A DNA stretch of 64,000 nucleotides from Dictyostelium discoideum (lineage: Eukaryota): contig CM000150.2 of assembly GCA_000004695.1 (NCBI GenBank), forward strand, positions 1,472,001 to 1,536,000. The letters are read 5' to 3'. The notes beneath the pieces were generated by a model, which saw only the letters and a list, made by a program, of their open reading frames with translations, did no database searches and had not been told where the DNA came from. Every line of letters begins with the position of its first letter. Position 1 is the stretch's first letter. Shown one piece after another: positions 48,754 to 64,000 of this stretch. The position numbers and the translations under genes were made by a program.

Positions 48754-49173
48754 ATGGCCCGTACAAAACAAACCGCACGTAAATCAACTGGTGCTAAAGT
48801 ACCACGTAAACACATTGGTTCTAAACAAGCCCATAAACAAACTCCAGTCTCTTCATCAAGTGGTGGTGTAAAGAAAGTACATCGTTTCAGACCAGGTACT
48901 GTCGCTCTTAGAGAAATCAGAAAATACCAAAAGAGTACCGATCTCTTAATTCGTAAACTCCCATTCCAACGTTTAGTCAGAGAAATCGCACAAGAATTCA
49001 AAACCGATCTTCGTTTCCAATCTGCCGCCATCGGTGCCCTTCAAGAAGCCTCTGAAGCTTACTTGGTTGGTTTATTCGAAGATACCAATTTATGTGCCAT
49101 CCACGCTAAACGTGTTACTATCATGCCAAAAGATATTCACTTAGCCAGACGTATCAGAGGTGAAAGATCATAA
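48754..49173 (+). CDS. Histone H3 variant
   Basis: The product is [139 protein letters not shown]. The histone-fold is canonical H3. The N-tail has substitutions and a short insertion ([19 protein letters not shown]) replacing the K27 region. The antisense ORF 48747..49031 is an artefact. Confidence 0.85.
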   Translation: MARTKQTARKSTGAKVPRKHIGSKQAHKQTPVSSSSGGVKKVHRFRPGTVALREIRKYQKSTDLLIRKLPFQRLVREIAQEFKTDLRFQSAAIGALQEASEAYLVGLFEDTNLCAIHAKRVTIMPKDIHLARRIRGERS

Positions 49174-49306
49174 AGAGTTTATTTTTATTTTTTAACAAAA
49201 AAAAAAAAAAAAAAAAAAAACAAAACTATTCAACTCATTTGTAAATTTTCATTAATATAATTCCATAAAAAAAAAAAGAAAAAAAAAAAAGAAAAAAAAA
49301 AAAAAG

Positions 49307-49337
<31 letters not shown>

Positions 49338-49690
49338 TTTTTTTTTAAATAAAGATAATGTTATTTAATTAATTTGTATATACAGCTTTTATTTTATTTT
49401 TTTAATATAAAAACCTTTTTTTTTTAATTTTTTTTTTTTTTATTTATTTTTTTCATTACAATTTCCAAAAATTTTGAAAATTTTTATTTTATTTTTATTT
49501 TTATTTTTTTTTTTTTCATTACAATTTCATATCCGATTATTACTTATTCAAATACAGATAGATAGAAAAAAAAAAAAAAAAAAAAATAAAATTAATATAG
49601 ACATAGTTGTATATATTTTTTTTTTTTTTTTTTTTTTTAAATCATTGCAATGATTAGATCGAAAAGTAATATATAATAATAATAAAAATA

Positions 49691-54501
<4,811 letters not shown>

Positions 54502-55024
54502 TCAAAACAATAATATCAAAAGCAATATTCAAAATAAAATAATAATAAAAAAAAAAAAAAATAATAATAATAAATAATAAATAATAACAAATAATAATAA
54601 ATAATAATAATAATAATAATAATAAAAATAAAAATAAAAATAAAATCATTTATTTGTGAAAATTAGTAGTATTCACAAGATATATGTTTTATCTGTATAA
54701 AAAAAATGTATAAAAAGTGGGGTGTAATTCCTAACTGTTTTTTTTTTTTTTTCTATTTTTAGAGCGAGAAAAGGTTGTTTTTTAAAATGTTTACTTTTTT
54801 TAATTTTTAAACATCAAATGAAGATTTACTTTATTTTATTTGAAAATATTTTTTAACAACAAGTTTAATTATTTTAATTTTTGTGTTTAAAAAAAAAAAA
54901 AAAAATAAAAAAAAAAAAGAAATAATAAAAAATTATATAATTATAAATTTGGTTAAAAAAAAAAATTATAATTACATCACACAAAAAAAATTATAATTAT
55001 AATCAAAACAAATTAATAAAAAAA

Positions 55025-55435
55025 ATGATTAATAGTTTTGTCTCTACAACTAAAAAAGTTACTACCTCCATCCCAACAAATGATATTTTTCCAATTAGAG
55101 AGGAATATACTGAAGATATTAGGTCAATGCTTCAAAATAATTTAAATCAATTTTTGGAAGTGGTAAAAAAAGAGGTACCAATGTTTTACCTTTATAAAGG
55201 TATTGAAGGTAGAGTTAAGGAAATTGAGTCAATGAATAGAAAATTGGTTACTAAAAATAAACATAGTTGGAAAGATGTTTCTGATTATTGTGGTGTTCAA
55301 ATTATTGTTCATCCTTTTAAAAATATAAAAGAAATCATTCATATGTTAAATCATTTAACAAAAAAACATAATTTCAAAATGTTTGTATTTTATTTAAAAA
55401 TTTATTATTTTATTATCTTATATTTATTTTTTATT

Positions 55436-55479
<44 letters not shown>

Positions 55480-56102
55480 CACAAAGAGTAAAAGAAGAAA
55501 ATATTTTACCAAAAGATTCTACATCATTTGGATATAGGGCAACTCATATTGATTCAATATTTAATGATTTAAAGGTCGAAATTCAAATAAGAACTATTTT
55601 TCAAGATATATGGGGACAATTGAGTCATCAACAATATGAAATTGCAAGATTAAATGGTTATGATAATGCCCATAATTTACCAAGAGATATTAGTCAAATA
55701 TCTTCTCTTTTGGAAATATCTGAAGTTCTTTCAGGTTTATTGGCAAGTAACCACTCTCAACCAATACCAACTTCTAAAGTTGAATCACCAGATCAAATGA
55801 AACTTTTGTTTGCTAAAAAATTTAAGTACGGAGGTCATATGACCAATTGGGAATTTGGAGTTCTTTTTGAAGTTTCAAAACTTGGTGGAATTAATTCACC
55901 ACATGAACTTGAAAAAAAGTGGATTGAATTTTCAAAAAAATTAAATAACCCACCAGAGTCAACGCCAAATGTAATTTTTAAATTTGCTCAATACTTATTT
56001 ATTGGAGAATCCTTTAATCCAAATATTATCACTGATTCAAAAGTATCTTATGAACTCCTTCATAAATTTAAAAATGTTTTGTCGAATATTCCATTAATAT
56101 GA
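55025..56102 (+). CDS. RelA/SpoT-domain nucleotidyltransferase, small-alarmone-synthetase-like, ~323 aa
   Basis: Exon 1 is 55025..55380 (GT donor inside ...AAAAT|GTTTGT, phase 2). The 106-bp T-rich intron is 55381..55486. Exon 2 is 55487..56102. The product is ...YKGIEGRVKEIESMNRKLVTKN...DYCGVQIIVHPFKNIKEIIHMLNHL...STSFGYRATHIDS...LKVEIQIRTIFQDIWGQLSHQQYE. This matches the RelA_SpoT synthetase fold motifs (G.R.K...S...K; D..G.RII; GYRS.H; EIQIRT..Q..WAE..H...YK). Exon 2 is noticeably less AT-rich than its surroundings. Confidence 0.6.
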
Positions 56103-56261
56103 AAAAAAATAAAAAAAATAAAAATAAATCGTTTTGTCAGTTTTAAAAAAATCTTCAAATCAATTTTCGTTGCTTGTGTTTCGTTAAATTTCAAAAAAAA
56201 AAAATTTTGATTTTTTTTTTTTTTTTTTTTTTTGACAGTGCTCTAGATAAAATATATAAAA

Positions 56262-56973
56262 ATGACAACAAATAAACCATCATTCAGTTACTTTAAAGTT
56301 TTAGTTCTTGGTCAACTTCCAAGATTCACTTTAAATTATTTTGGTACCGATTTTACTGATAATTATGTCGAGTCAATTGATGATGAATTCAGAAAAACCC
56401 TTAAATTTGGTCAATTACCATTATTTGTTGACTCAGATGGTTTCAGATTAACTCAAACAGATGCTATTTGTAAGTTTACCCTTTATATATATTTTTATAC
56501 CTATATATTTAATCTCTAATTTATTTTATTTTTTATTTTTAATTATTTAAAAAAAAAAAAAAAAAAAAAAAGGTAAATACATTGCCGCTAAACATGATTT
56601 CCTTGGAAAATCAATTAAAGAAAGAGCAATCGTTGATGAAACAATCGCTGCAGTTCATGATGATGTTATTATTCCAGGTTATAAAGTTGGTAAAGGTGTT
56701 GAAGATAAAAAAGTTATTGACACAATCATTTCAAGACATTTCACAACTTTTGAAAATGTTTTAGCTGAAAACAAATTCATTGCTGGTGGTGATAACTATA
56801 CTCTTGCTGATTTATATGTTTTTGTTGCTTACCACTATTATAAACATTTAGGACATTCTGAAAAGTTCCAAAATAAATTCCCACATTTGGAAGCTTTACA
56901 AGCTCATTTCGAATCAAATAAAGGTATTGCTGAATATATCAAAAATAGACCAGATTCTGGTAGAGGTATTTAA
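56262..56973 (+). CDS. Glutathione S-transferase, cytosolic alpha/mu/pi-like class, 202 aa
   Basis: Exon 1 is 56262..56469 (GTAAGT donor, phase 1). The 103-bp intron is 56470..56572. Exon 2 is 56573..56973. The product is [28 protein letters not shown]...[22 protein letters not shown]|[22 protein letters not shown]...[22 protein letters not shown]... Confidence 0.75.
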
Positions 56974-57142
56974 ATAATAAAATAAAATAAATATTAAAAA
57001 CAAATAAAATACAAAATATATATAAATAAATAAATAAATATATAATGATTACATTTTAATATATATATATAATTTCTTTATTTTTATTTTTATTTTTTCT
57101 AATTACATAATAAATTTTATTCTTTTTTTTTTTTTTTTTTTT

Positions 57143-59470
57143 TTAACAACAAGATTTTTTCATTTTATAAGGAACTTGTAATTTAATTTCAGTACTAATT
57201 ACTAAAAGTTGTTCTAATTTAAAGTGTTGACCAGTTGTTGGGATATTTACTTTAATTGGTTTTAAACCCATCATTTGACTACTTGAATCTTCATTTGTAT
57301 CAAAACTTGAAAGTTGAGGTTGAGCAACATTTGATATGTATGATTGTTGTTGAGGTATGAAAGCTTGTTGTTGGGGCATTACATTTGATGAGTATGAATT
57401 AGGAGCACCTAAACCTTCAAAATCATTATCATCAGCATCATTGGTTTGATCATTTGAAAATCTAAAGATCTCTTTTGCATTTCCAGTGAATTCACCATAT
57501 TTATAATCGGTTGGAAGGTAAAGAGATATTGATAGTGTACTAATTGGAATATCTATTTGTGGGAAAACTACACCAAAAGTACCAACATTTAAAAATTCGA
57601 AATCACGAGTATGTTTATAGACCAATTCAACTTTAAAAGTTTTTTGAACACCAGAGGATGTACCAGAGGATTTATTCAATGGAATCATTAAACAACCTTG
57701 ATCATCTATGGCTGGTTTAACTGCTTTTTTAGAGACAATTGTACTCCAAATTTCAAATTGATGTGGAATTGTAACACGAATATATTGTTGTTGTTCATTA
57801 CGAATAGTGAATAAACATTTGGTCAACATTGCACCCTCTGAGCTACAAGTAGCAGTGAAATGAGCACTTGGACAAAATGCAACCAATACTGGTAAATCTT
57901 GATGTTTAATAACTTTGAATGATAATGCATACTTTGGTACAAGGAATTTATAGGATAATAATAATGGACCAGATGACATTGAAACTAGTTCCGATGGTAA
58001 TTCACTCTTATCGATTAATGTTAAATTATCACGTGTCAATGATTCAACTTCAACGTTTGCTGTCGATTCAACAGCCAAGTAACCTTTTTCACGTGAAATT
58101 TCAATACCAGAACAACGAATACCTTTTGAAATATTAATGGTACCTGATGTTGAATCCATTTCAATCTCTGCTGAAATTGTTAAACTAAATGATGACTCTA
58201 CTGATGATGTTAATTGAACCTTTATTAATTGATCTTTATTTGGTTCAGGTGTTGATATTTCTATGAGATTTGGTGATAAACAATCCCAACGTTTAATATT
58301 ATAACCATCAACACTAAGTACTTTAATATTACTACCAACCAATATATCAAATGATGAAACACTACCACTAACTACAGTATATACAATATTTGAAAGTATC
58401 ATAATTACACCTTCACCAACTGAACAAAGTGTATTTTGTTCAACATTTAATTTAGTTGCTTCAATTGGTTTAATTTGAGAAGCAGCAGCAGCGGCGGCAG
58501 CAGCTTTACCTTTTTCAGTTGAGCCAGTTGAAGAACTTAAATCAATTTGATTGATTTTTTGTTGTTGTTGTTGTTGTTCATTTTTATTTTCAGCATCAGT
58601 CCATTGAATTTTTAAATAATTTGTTGGTTGGAATGGACATTTTTTAATTGTATGTGTATATTGTTTACCATCGATTTCAACTTGTTTATATTTTAAATGA
58701 TCAACATTATCTCTAACTAAAGGTTCGACAACATCAACATTAACTTTTCTAGGTACAGAGATTTCTAAATGATTAAAAGTTGCCTTTGGTAAAGCAATAC
58801 CAACACCATTCTTTTTTGGTGTTAAAAAGTTTGCTAAAACATTCAACTCTACATTATAGGTACCAACTCTATCACAAAATAAACTATGAGCATCTTGATA
58901 AATACCAATACATGATTCATCATCATTTTTACCACTGAATTGAATTGATGATGATGTTATACAAACTGTTGATGGTAATAATGGTATTTGAACTTGATCA
59001 CAATTATTATTCTTATTATTATTATTATTATCTTTTGAATTTGGTTCAGGGAAAACATGAATTTCAAAATTACATTTAAAAGATACATTAAAATCTTCAA
59101 CATTTGCAATATATGATGATTTTTCAATTGAGTATGGAATTGATGATTCTTTATTACTATTCTCTTTTAAATATTCTAACCAATCTTTTAAAGGTAATTT
59201 AATTTTAACTTCTTTTGAATTTGGATGCTCTGTAATTGATAATAATTGTTTCTCTTGTACTTTAGTTGCATTTATTACTTTTCCTCCATAATTACTTGCT
59301 GACCATGTATTAGAGTTACAATAAAGATCTTGAAATTTTTGTTGTGGTTGTTGAACATTTACTGTGGATTTCATTGAACTTTTTGAAATGAAATGTCTAT
59401 CATCATCACTACCACTATCATTATCATTGTAACTACTACCACCACCACTACTATATTTTGATCTTGCCAT
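57143..59470 (-). CDS. Hypothetical protein of 775 aa
   Basis: A long minus-strand ORF starts at the ATG at 59470. The sequence is unique with low repeat content. I see no recognisable domain (beta-rich Ser/Thr/Val composition, an Ala run, a poly-Q stretch). Confidence 0.5.
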   Translation of the reverse strand: MARSKYSSGGGSSYNDNDSGSDDDRHFISKSSMKSTVNVQQPQQKFQDLYCNSNTWSASNYGGKVINATKVQEKQLLSITEHPNSKEVKIKLPLKDWLEYLKENSNKESSIPYSIEKSSYIANVEDFNVSFKCNFEIHVFPEPNSKDNNNNNKNNNCDQVQIPLLPSTVCITSSSIQFSGKNDDESCIGIYQDAHSLFCDRVGTYNVELNVLANFLTPKKNGVGIALPKATFNHLEISVPRKVNVDVVEPLVRDNVDHLKYKQVEIDGKQYTHTIKKCPFQPTNYLKIQWTDAENKNEQQQQQQKINQIDLSSSTGSTEKGKAAAAAAAASQIKPIEATKLNVEQNTLCSVGEGVIMILSNIVYTVVSGSVSSFDILVGSNIKVLSVDGYNIKRWDCLSPNLIEISTPEPNKDQLIKVQLTSSVESSFSLTISAEIEMDSTSGTINISKGIRCSGIEISREKGYLAVESTANVEVESLTRDNLTLIDKSELPSELVSMSSGPLLLSYKFLVPKYALSFKVIKHQDLPVLVAFCPSAHFTATCSSEGAMLTKCLFTIRNEQQQYIRVTIPHQFEIWSTIVSKKAVKPAIDDQGCLMIPLNKSSGTSSGVQKTFKVELVYKHTRDFEFLNVGTFGVVFPQIDIPISTLSISLYLPTDYKYGEFTGNAKEIFRFSNDQTNDADDNDFEGLGAPNSYSSNVMPQQQAFIPQQQSYISNVAQPQLSSFDTNEDSSSQMMGLKPIKVNIPTTGQHFKLEQLLVISTEIKLQVPYKMKKSCC

Positions 59471-59705
59471 ATTTTATTAATAACTAATTTGTATTATTTA
59501 TTATTTATTATTATTTATTATTTTTATTGTAGTTGACTCAACAAAAAAAAAATAAAAAAAAAATAATCAATAAAATAAAAAAAAAAAAAATAATAAAAAA
59601 AAAAATTAAATTAAAAAAAAAAAAATAAAAAAAAAAAAAAAAAAAATCTTAGTTTTTTCTGTAAAAAAAAAATAAAAATAAAATTATTCTGTGAATTTGT
59701 GTGGT

Positions 59706-59746
<41 letters not shown>

Positions 59747-60114
59747 GGTTGCAAATAAGATTTAAAAAACAAAGCTTAGTTTTTTTTTTTTTATGGAAAA
59801 TATGTTGTTTTTAAATAAATTAAACAATTTTTATTTATTTTTATTTATTTTTAAATAAAACCTTTAATTTTTTGCAATCTTTAATCATTATTTTTTTTAA
59901 TTTTTTTAATTTTTTTAAATTTCAAATCATACTTTCGTAAATTAAACAAAAAAAATAAAATAATATAAAATTTAATTTTTTTTTTTTTTTTTTGTTAATA
60001 ATAAAGACCCAAGATATTTTTATCCTAAAAAATTACGCAACATTTAACCAAAGATATTTTTTCTTCAACAAACTAAAAATAAAATATCTTTTAAAAAATG
60101 TCAAAAATTATAAT

Positions 60115-60170
<56 letters not shown>

Positions 60171-60258
60171 ATAAACAAACAAAAAATTCTTTTTTTTTTT
60201 TTTTAAAAAATAAAAAATAAAAAATAAACAAACAAATAAAATAAATTTTAAAAAAATA

Positions 60259-60503
60259 ATGATGATATCTTTAAAATCAAATTATATAATTGTATTTATT
60301 TTTTTCATAATTCAAATATTAAAAGTATTTGGAGATAGTGACTTCAGTTTATATGCAGTTACAACCAATCCAGTTGGCACATATGTAACAGTTGTTGATA
60401 CATTTTATAATAAATTTTTAGCAAATACTTCATTAAATTTAAATGACTTAAACATTCAAAGTTTTTTAACCGTTGATTCAGGTTTAAATCTTGTATGTAT
60501 AAA

Positions 60504-60534
<31 letters not shown>

Positions 60535-60571
60535 AATAACAAAATCAATAATTATTATTTAAATTCTCCAA

Positions 60572-60619
<48 letters not shown>

Positions 60620-61436
60620 ATAGATATCATTACTTTGTCAAGATTCAAATAATACAAATTATTTAGTTACTGCAGATGTTAAAACTGGTGAAATTGAAAA
60701 AAGTAAAGGAATTCAAAATGATGGTTTTAATATTACAAATAATAATAATTATATTTATTCAAATGATACAGATGATATTTTTTTACCAACATGCTCAAAT
60801 GGTGAATTAACAATTTTACATTGGAATTTCAATGAACAATCAGATTATGTCAATCAATTTGCAGTTAATGGTATTTCTGATACTGATTCAAGTTATCAAC
60901 CAAAATGTACATTGTCATCAAATAATGGTTTATATGTATTTTATAAATCAAGTGATATTGACAATCCAAGTAAACTCGTATTATTAGATTTAAATAATAC
61001 TGATAGTGGTTCATTTTCATTATCATCATCATCATCTTCATTACAACCAGTACTACCAACAATTGAAATTTACACATTTAATGGTTTTAAGGCTGACAAT
61101 GTTGAGATGATATATGTTGATAACCAAGATAGTAATGTTGTTTATGTAATTTATAATTCTGATGGTACTACACGTTCATGTACTCTCCTTCTCAATGAAA
61201 GAACCCCAATTTGTAAAAACGCATATTTTGACTACCCTTTGAATCCATATAATTATAATTATAATCCATTCTTCTTAACAAGTGATCTAGTAGGATTCGT
61301 TTCAATTCAATCAACATCACCAACTCAATTATTATTTGGACTTTGGGAATTAAATTTTGAAGGTGACTCTGCAACTCAAACTGATAATTTATGGCAATCA
61401 AAAAATCCTTCAAATTACACCTATTTTAAAAATTAA
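60259..61436 (+). CDS. Secreted hypothetical protein of ~348 aa in two exons
   Basis: Exon 1 is 60259..60492 (signal peptide MMISLKSNYIIVFIFFIIQILKVFG; GTATGT donor). The 131-bp intron is 60493..60623. Exon 2 is 60624..61436 (ISLLCQDSNNTNYLVTADVKTGEIEK...). Confidence 0.5.
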
Positions 61437-61585
61437 ATTATAATAATATTATTTAATTTAAAAATCAAATCACTATATTTAAAAAATTAAAAAAATAAAT
61501 TCATTTAATTATTTAAATTTCAAAATTTTTATTCATTATTATTACATAATATATTTTTTTATTGTGATAGTTTTTTATTTGTTTA

Positions 61586-63463
61586 TTAATAAGAATATGA
61601 AATAGAAGAGGAAGATGATGTGGAACGGGAGGAAGATGATGTGGAGGATGAAGAAGTAAAAGATGGAATGGTTAAACCTAATTTTTTACAATGTTGATTA
61701 CATTTATGTGATTGAAAGAATTTAATTATACCAGGTTTACCAAGGTTACAACTTCCAAATCTTAATGTATCAGTGGAATGAATTGCTGGATCAGTTAATA
61801 AATAACCTTTTGAGGTTTTGACACCTTGAATATCGACTACAATTGCTTTATTTTTTGATTCTTGATATGTCCAATGAGAGAATGTTTGAAGTATTTCAGA
61901 CATTGCATCATCTTTTAACCAACCACAATTACTATTGTATTTTTGATATTCACCATTGATAAATGTTTCAATCCCAAAATACATTGGTTTTTCAGAATGT
62001 TTCATTTGTAAGACTTTTGCAACAGTGAATGTAATTTGATGTTCACTCGAAGTTAATGATAATTGTTTATTAAATTCAAGTGCAAATTTTGCAGCAACAG
62101 TTTGACATTCCATTGATTCAAAATATCTTTTCTTTGAATTTTCTCTACCACCAATATATTTTGATTGTTTAAGAACTACTTTCTTACCATGTTCGTCAAT
62201 TCCTAAATAAGCTAATCTACAAGCACCGTGTGAGAATGGATTTGGAGCAATTTTAATTGAAATGGTAATTTCATTTAATTTCATTTCATAGGATGATGAT
62301 AAACATGTAACAATATCTGATGGCATTTTAAATTTTGTTTGTAACATTTGAATATATGGTAATTCACCAAAATCAATATCCATATTGGTATTAATTTCAA
62401 ATTCACGTTCACTACGTTGTTTACCTGTTGAGCCATCAATGTTGTGACCTAAATATTGTTCAGTCAATACTGATCTTGACACTGAAATACTTTCTTCAAT
62501 TGAAATAAAAATTCTTTCATTCATTTTTGAAGTTTCTTTTGAATCGAATGAATTTATTGATTTCTTATTTCTTGATATTTCTTTAGTTTTTTTATCAAAA
62601 AAATCAATCATTTGACCTGTTTCTTTAAGATTAATATGGCCAAAATAGTAGTTGATATTTAATGAAATTATATCAGTTAATAAATCATCTAATTTAATAC
62701 CATTTGGATCACCACCTGGATAAGAATCAGCCATTGAATGGTATTCAGTACCATGGCAAGGGGCATCAGCGATATGAATTACAACTCTAGTTGAATTTGG
62801 CCTCCATTTCATTGATTTAATTAAATCCATACCTCCAAATACATCTTCAGGACCATCAGCACCACCACCTGCTCTAATTTCAGAAACAAATCTAACAAAT
62901 TCTACAGTGGAACGAGAGAATTGAAAAGTTGAACATCTGTTTGATGCTACATCGAAATCAGTATAACGAATAAAACCAAATTCAATATCTAAAAATGAAT
63001 GTTTTAATTTTAATGCTTCTTGTAATTTTACAATATCACTCTTTATTTGTTCAATATATGGATCCATTGAACCAGTACAATCAACAATAAATAATAAATC
63101 AACACACTCCGATGCTCTAATTGCTTTAAATGTTAATTTAATTTCTTCATTTCTTTTTTCAATTTTTTTTTCTTTTTCTTTTGCAAGTGTTATTGAATCT
63201 TTTGTAGTAGTTGTTTTTTCATCTCTTGGGGTACTACCATAAACCATTCTTAATGCACTTTCATCTGATATATGTGTTTTACTACCACCTGAACTTAAAC
63301 CACTTCTTGATGCATCAGTTTTTAATGATGTTGGCACTTTTCTTGTTCCAAGTGAAGTTTTTGATAATGAATTTGAAATTGAATCCATATCTGAAACATT
63401 AACTCTTCCGGATGGCTTTGTTTTTGATTCTTTTTCAGTTGACAAAACATACTTTGATTCCAT
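61586..63463 (-). CDS. vwkA: von Willebrand factor A-domain alpha-kinase (vWKA-type atypical protein kinase)
   Basis: The ORF encodes 625 aa. The vWA motif is DLLFIVDCTGSM...; the alpha-kinase catalytic domain is at the C-terminus (...AIVVDIQGVKTSKGYLLTDPAIHSTD...FGSCNLGKPGIIKFFQSHKC). It has a Ser-rich tail. This domain architecture is characteristic of Dictyostelium VwkA. Confidence 0.65.
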   Translation of the reverse strand: MESKYVLSTEKESKTKPSGRVNVSDMDSISNSLSKTSLGTRKVPTSLKTDASRSGLSSGGSKTHISDESALRMVYGSTPRDEKTTTTKDSITLAKEKEKKIEKRNEEIKLTFKAIRASECVDLLFIVDCTGSMDPYIEQIKSDIVKLQEALKLKHSFLDIEFGFIRYTDFDVASNRCSTFQFSRSTVEFVRFVSEIRAGGGADGPEDVFGGMDLIKSMKWRPNSTRVVIHIADAPCHGTEYHSMADSYPGGDPNGIKLDDLLTDIISLNINYYFGHINLKETGQMIDFFDKKTKEISRNKKSINSFDSKETSKMNERIFISIEESISVSRSVLTEQYLGHNIDGSTGKQRSEREFEINTNMDIDFGELPYIQMLQTKFKMPSDIVTCLSSSYEMKLNEITISIKIAPNPFSHGACRLAYLGIDEHGKKVVLKQSKYIGGRENSKKRYFESMECQTVAAKFALEFNKQLSLTSSEHQITFTVAKVLQMKHSEKPMYFGIETFINGEYQKYNSNCGWLKDDAMSEILQTFSHWTYQESKNKAIVVDIQGVKTSKGYLLTDPAIHSTDTLRFGSCNLGKPGIIKFFQSHKCNQHCKKLGLTIPSFTSSSSTSSSSRSTSSSSSISYSY

Positions 63464-64000
63464 TTTTTATTTTGATTCAATAATATTTTTTTAAGTTTTT
63501 AAACAAAACTTAAAATATGAATTTTTGAATTAATTTATACCATAGAGAAATTCATTTTTTTTTATTTTTTTATTTTTATAAATAATAATTTAAATTTAAT
63601 TCAAAAAAATACTTTTTTTACTTAAAAAATTAAAAAAAAAAAATTAAGTTTTTCTGATCATCGAGATATTTTTTAAGCTTAAAAATATTGCAACAGTCTT
63701 TATGTTTAATTATCAAAATAAATTATAATGTTCATAAATTAAAAAAAAAATGAATAAAATTGTAGATCAGGTTGGCTTTTGAATACAATTGTAGATGCAA
63801 TACAAAAAAAAAAAAAAAAAAAAAAAAGTAGATGATCAAGAAGTAAAAATGGAATTGTTAACCTAAGAGTTTAATTAATTGATAATTGTCTGGCGATTGA
63901 AACTTTATTATATTTGTATAAATGGACCTTTTTTTTTTTTTTTTTTTTTTCACTCCAAACCAAAGAATTTAAACAAATAAAATGAAATAGAATTATTTCA

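Noticed and set aside
48747-49031. Minus-strand 94-aa ORF overlapping histone H3
   Set aside because: It is antisense to a highly conserved H3 CDS and exists by chance because the H3 region is GC-richer.

Overview
This window is extremely AT-rich eukaryotic nuclear DNA with Dictyostelium-type gene structure, not a prokaryotic locus. Coding exons are interrupted by short AT-rich introns with GTAAGT/GTATGT donors. Homopolymer A/T runs flank the genes, and (AAT)n, (CAA)n and (GAGCAA)n microsatellites sit inside ORFs as poly-N, poly-Q and EQ tracts. Many six-frame ORF calls are internal exons that start at TTG, or antisense artefacts of these repeats. I reconstructed about 20 protein-coding genes, most with 1-2 introns. 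They include a VPS13-family giant gene, a SNAP-family protein, a fused pseudouridine-5'-phosphate glycosidase/PfkB-kinase, a FNIP-repeat protein, a SET2-type methyltransferase, a variant histone H3, a chromodomain/poly-Q protein, a RelA/SpoT-like nucleotidyltransferase, a GST, a TRAF-like protein and a vWA/alpha-kinase (vwkA-like). The non-coding content is the more interesting part. (a) Two U2 snRNA genes form a perfect divergent inverted repeat with upstream CCCATAA (DUSE-like) elements. (b) Two intron-containing tRNA-Trp(CCA) genes with downstream ex-B boxes sit in a segmentally duplicated locus, with tRNA-fragment-containing module repeats around them. One copy carries a 5'-truncated TRE3-type non-LTR retrotransposon inserted downstream with a 17-bp target duplication. 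(c) A ~5-kb tandem array of small secreted single-MRH-domain (mannose-6-phosphate-receptor-homology-like) proteins includes 1-2 intact and at least 4 degenerate copies. I found no CRISPR array, operon or defence-island-like system. The most system-like novelties are the MRH array and the eukaryotic RelA/SpoT-like gene.
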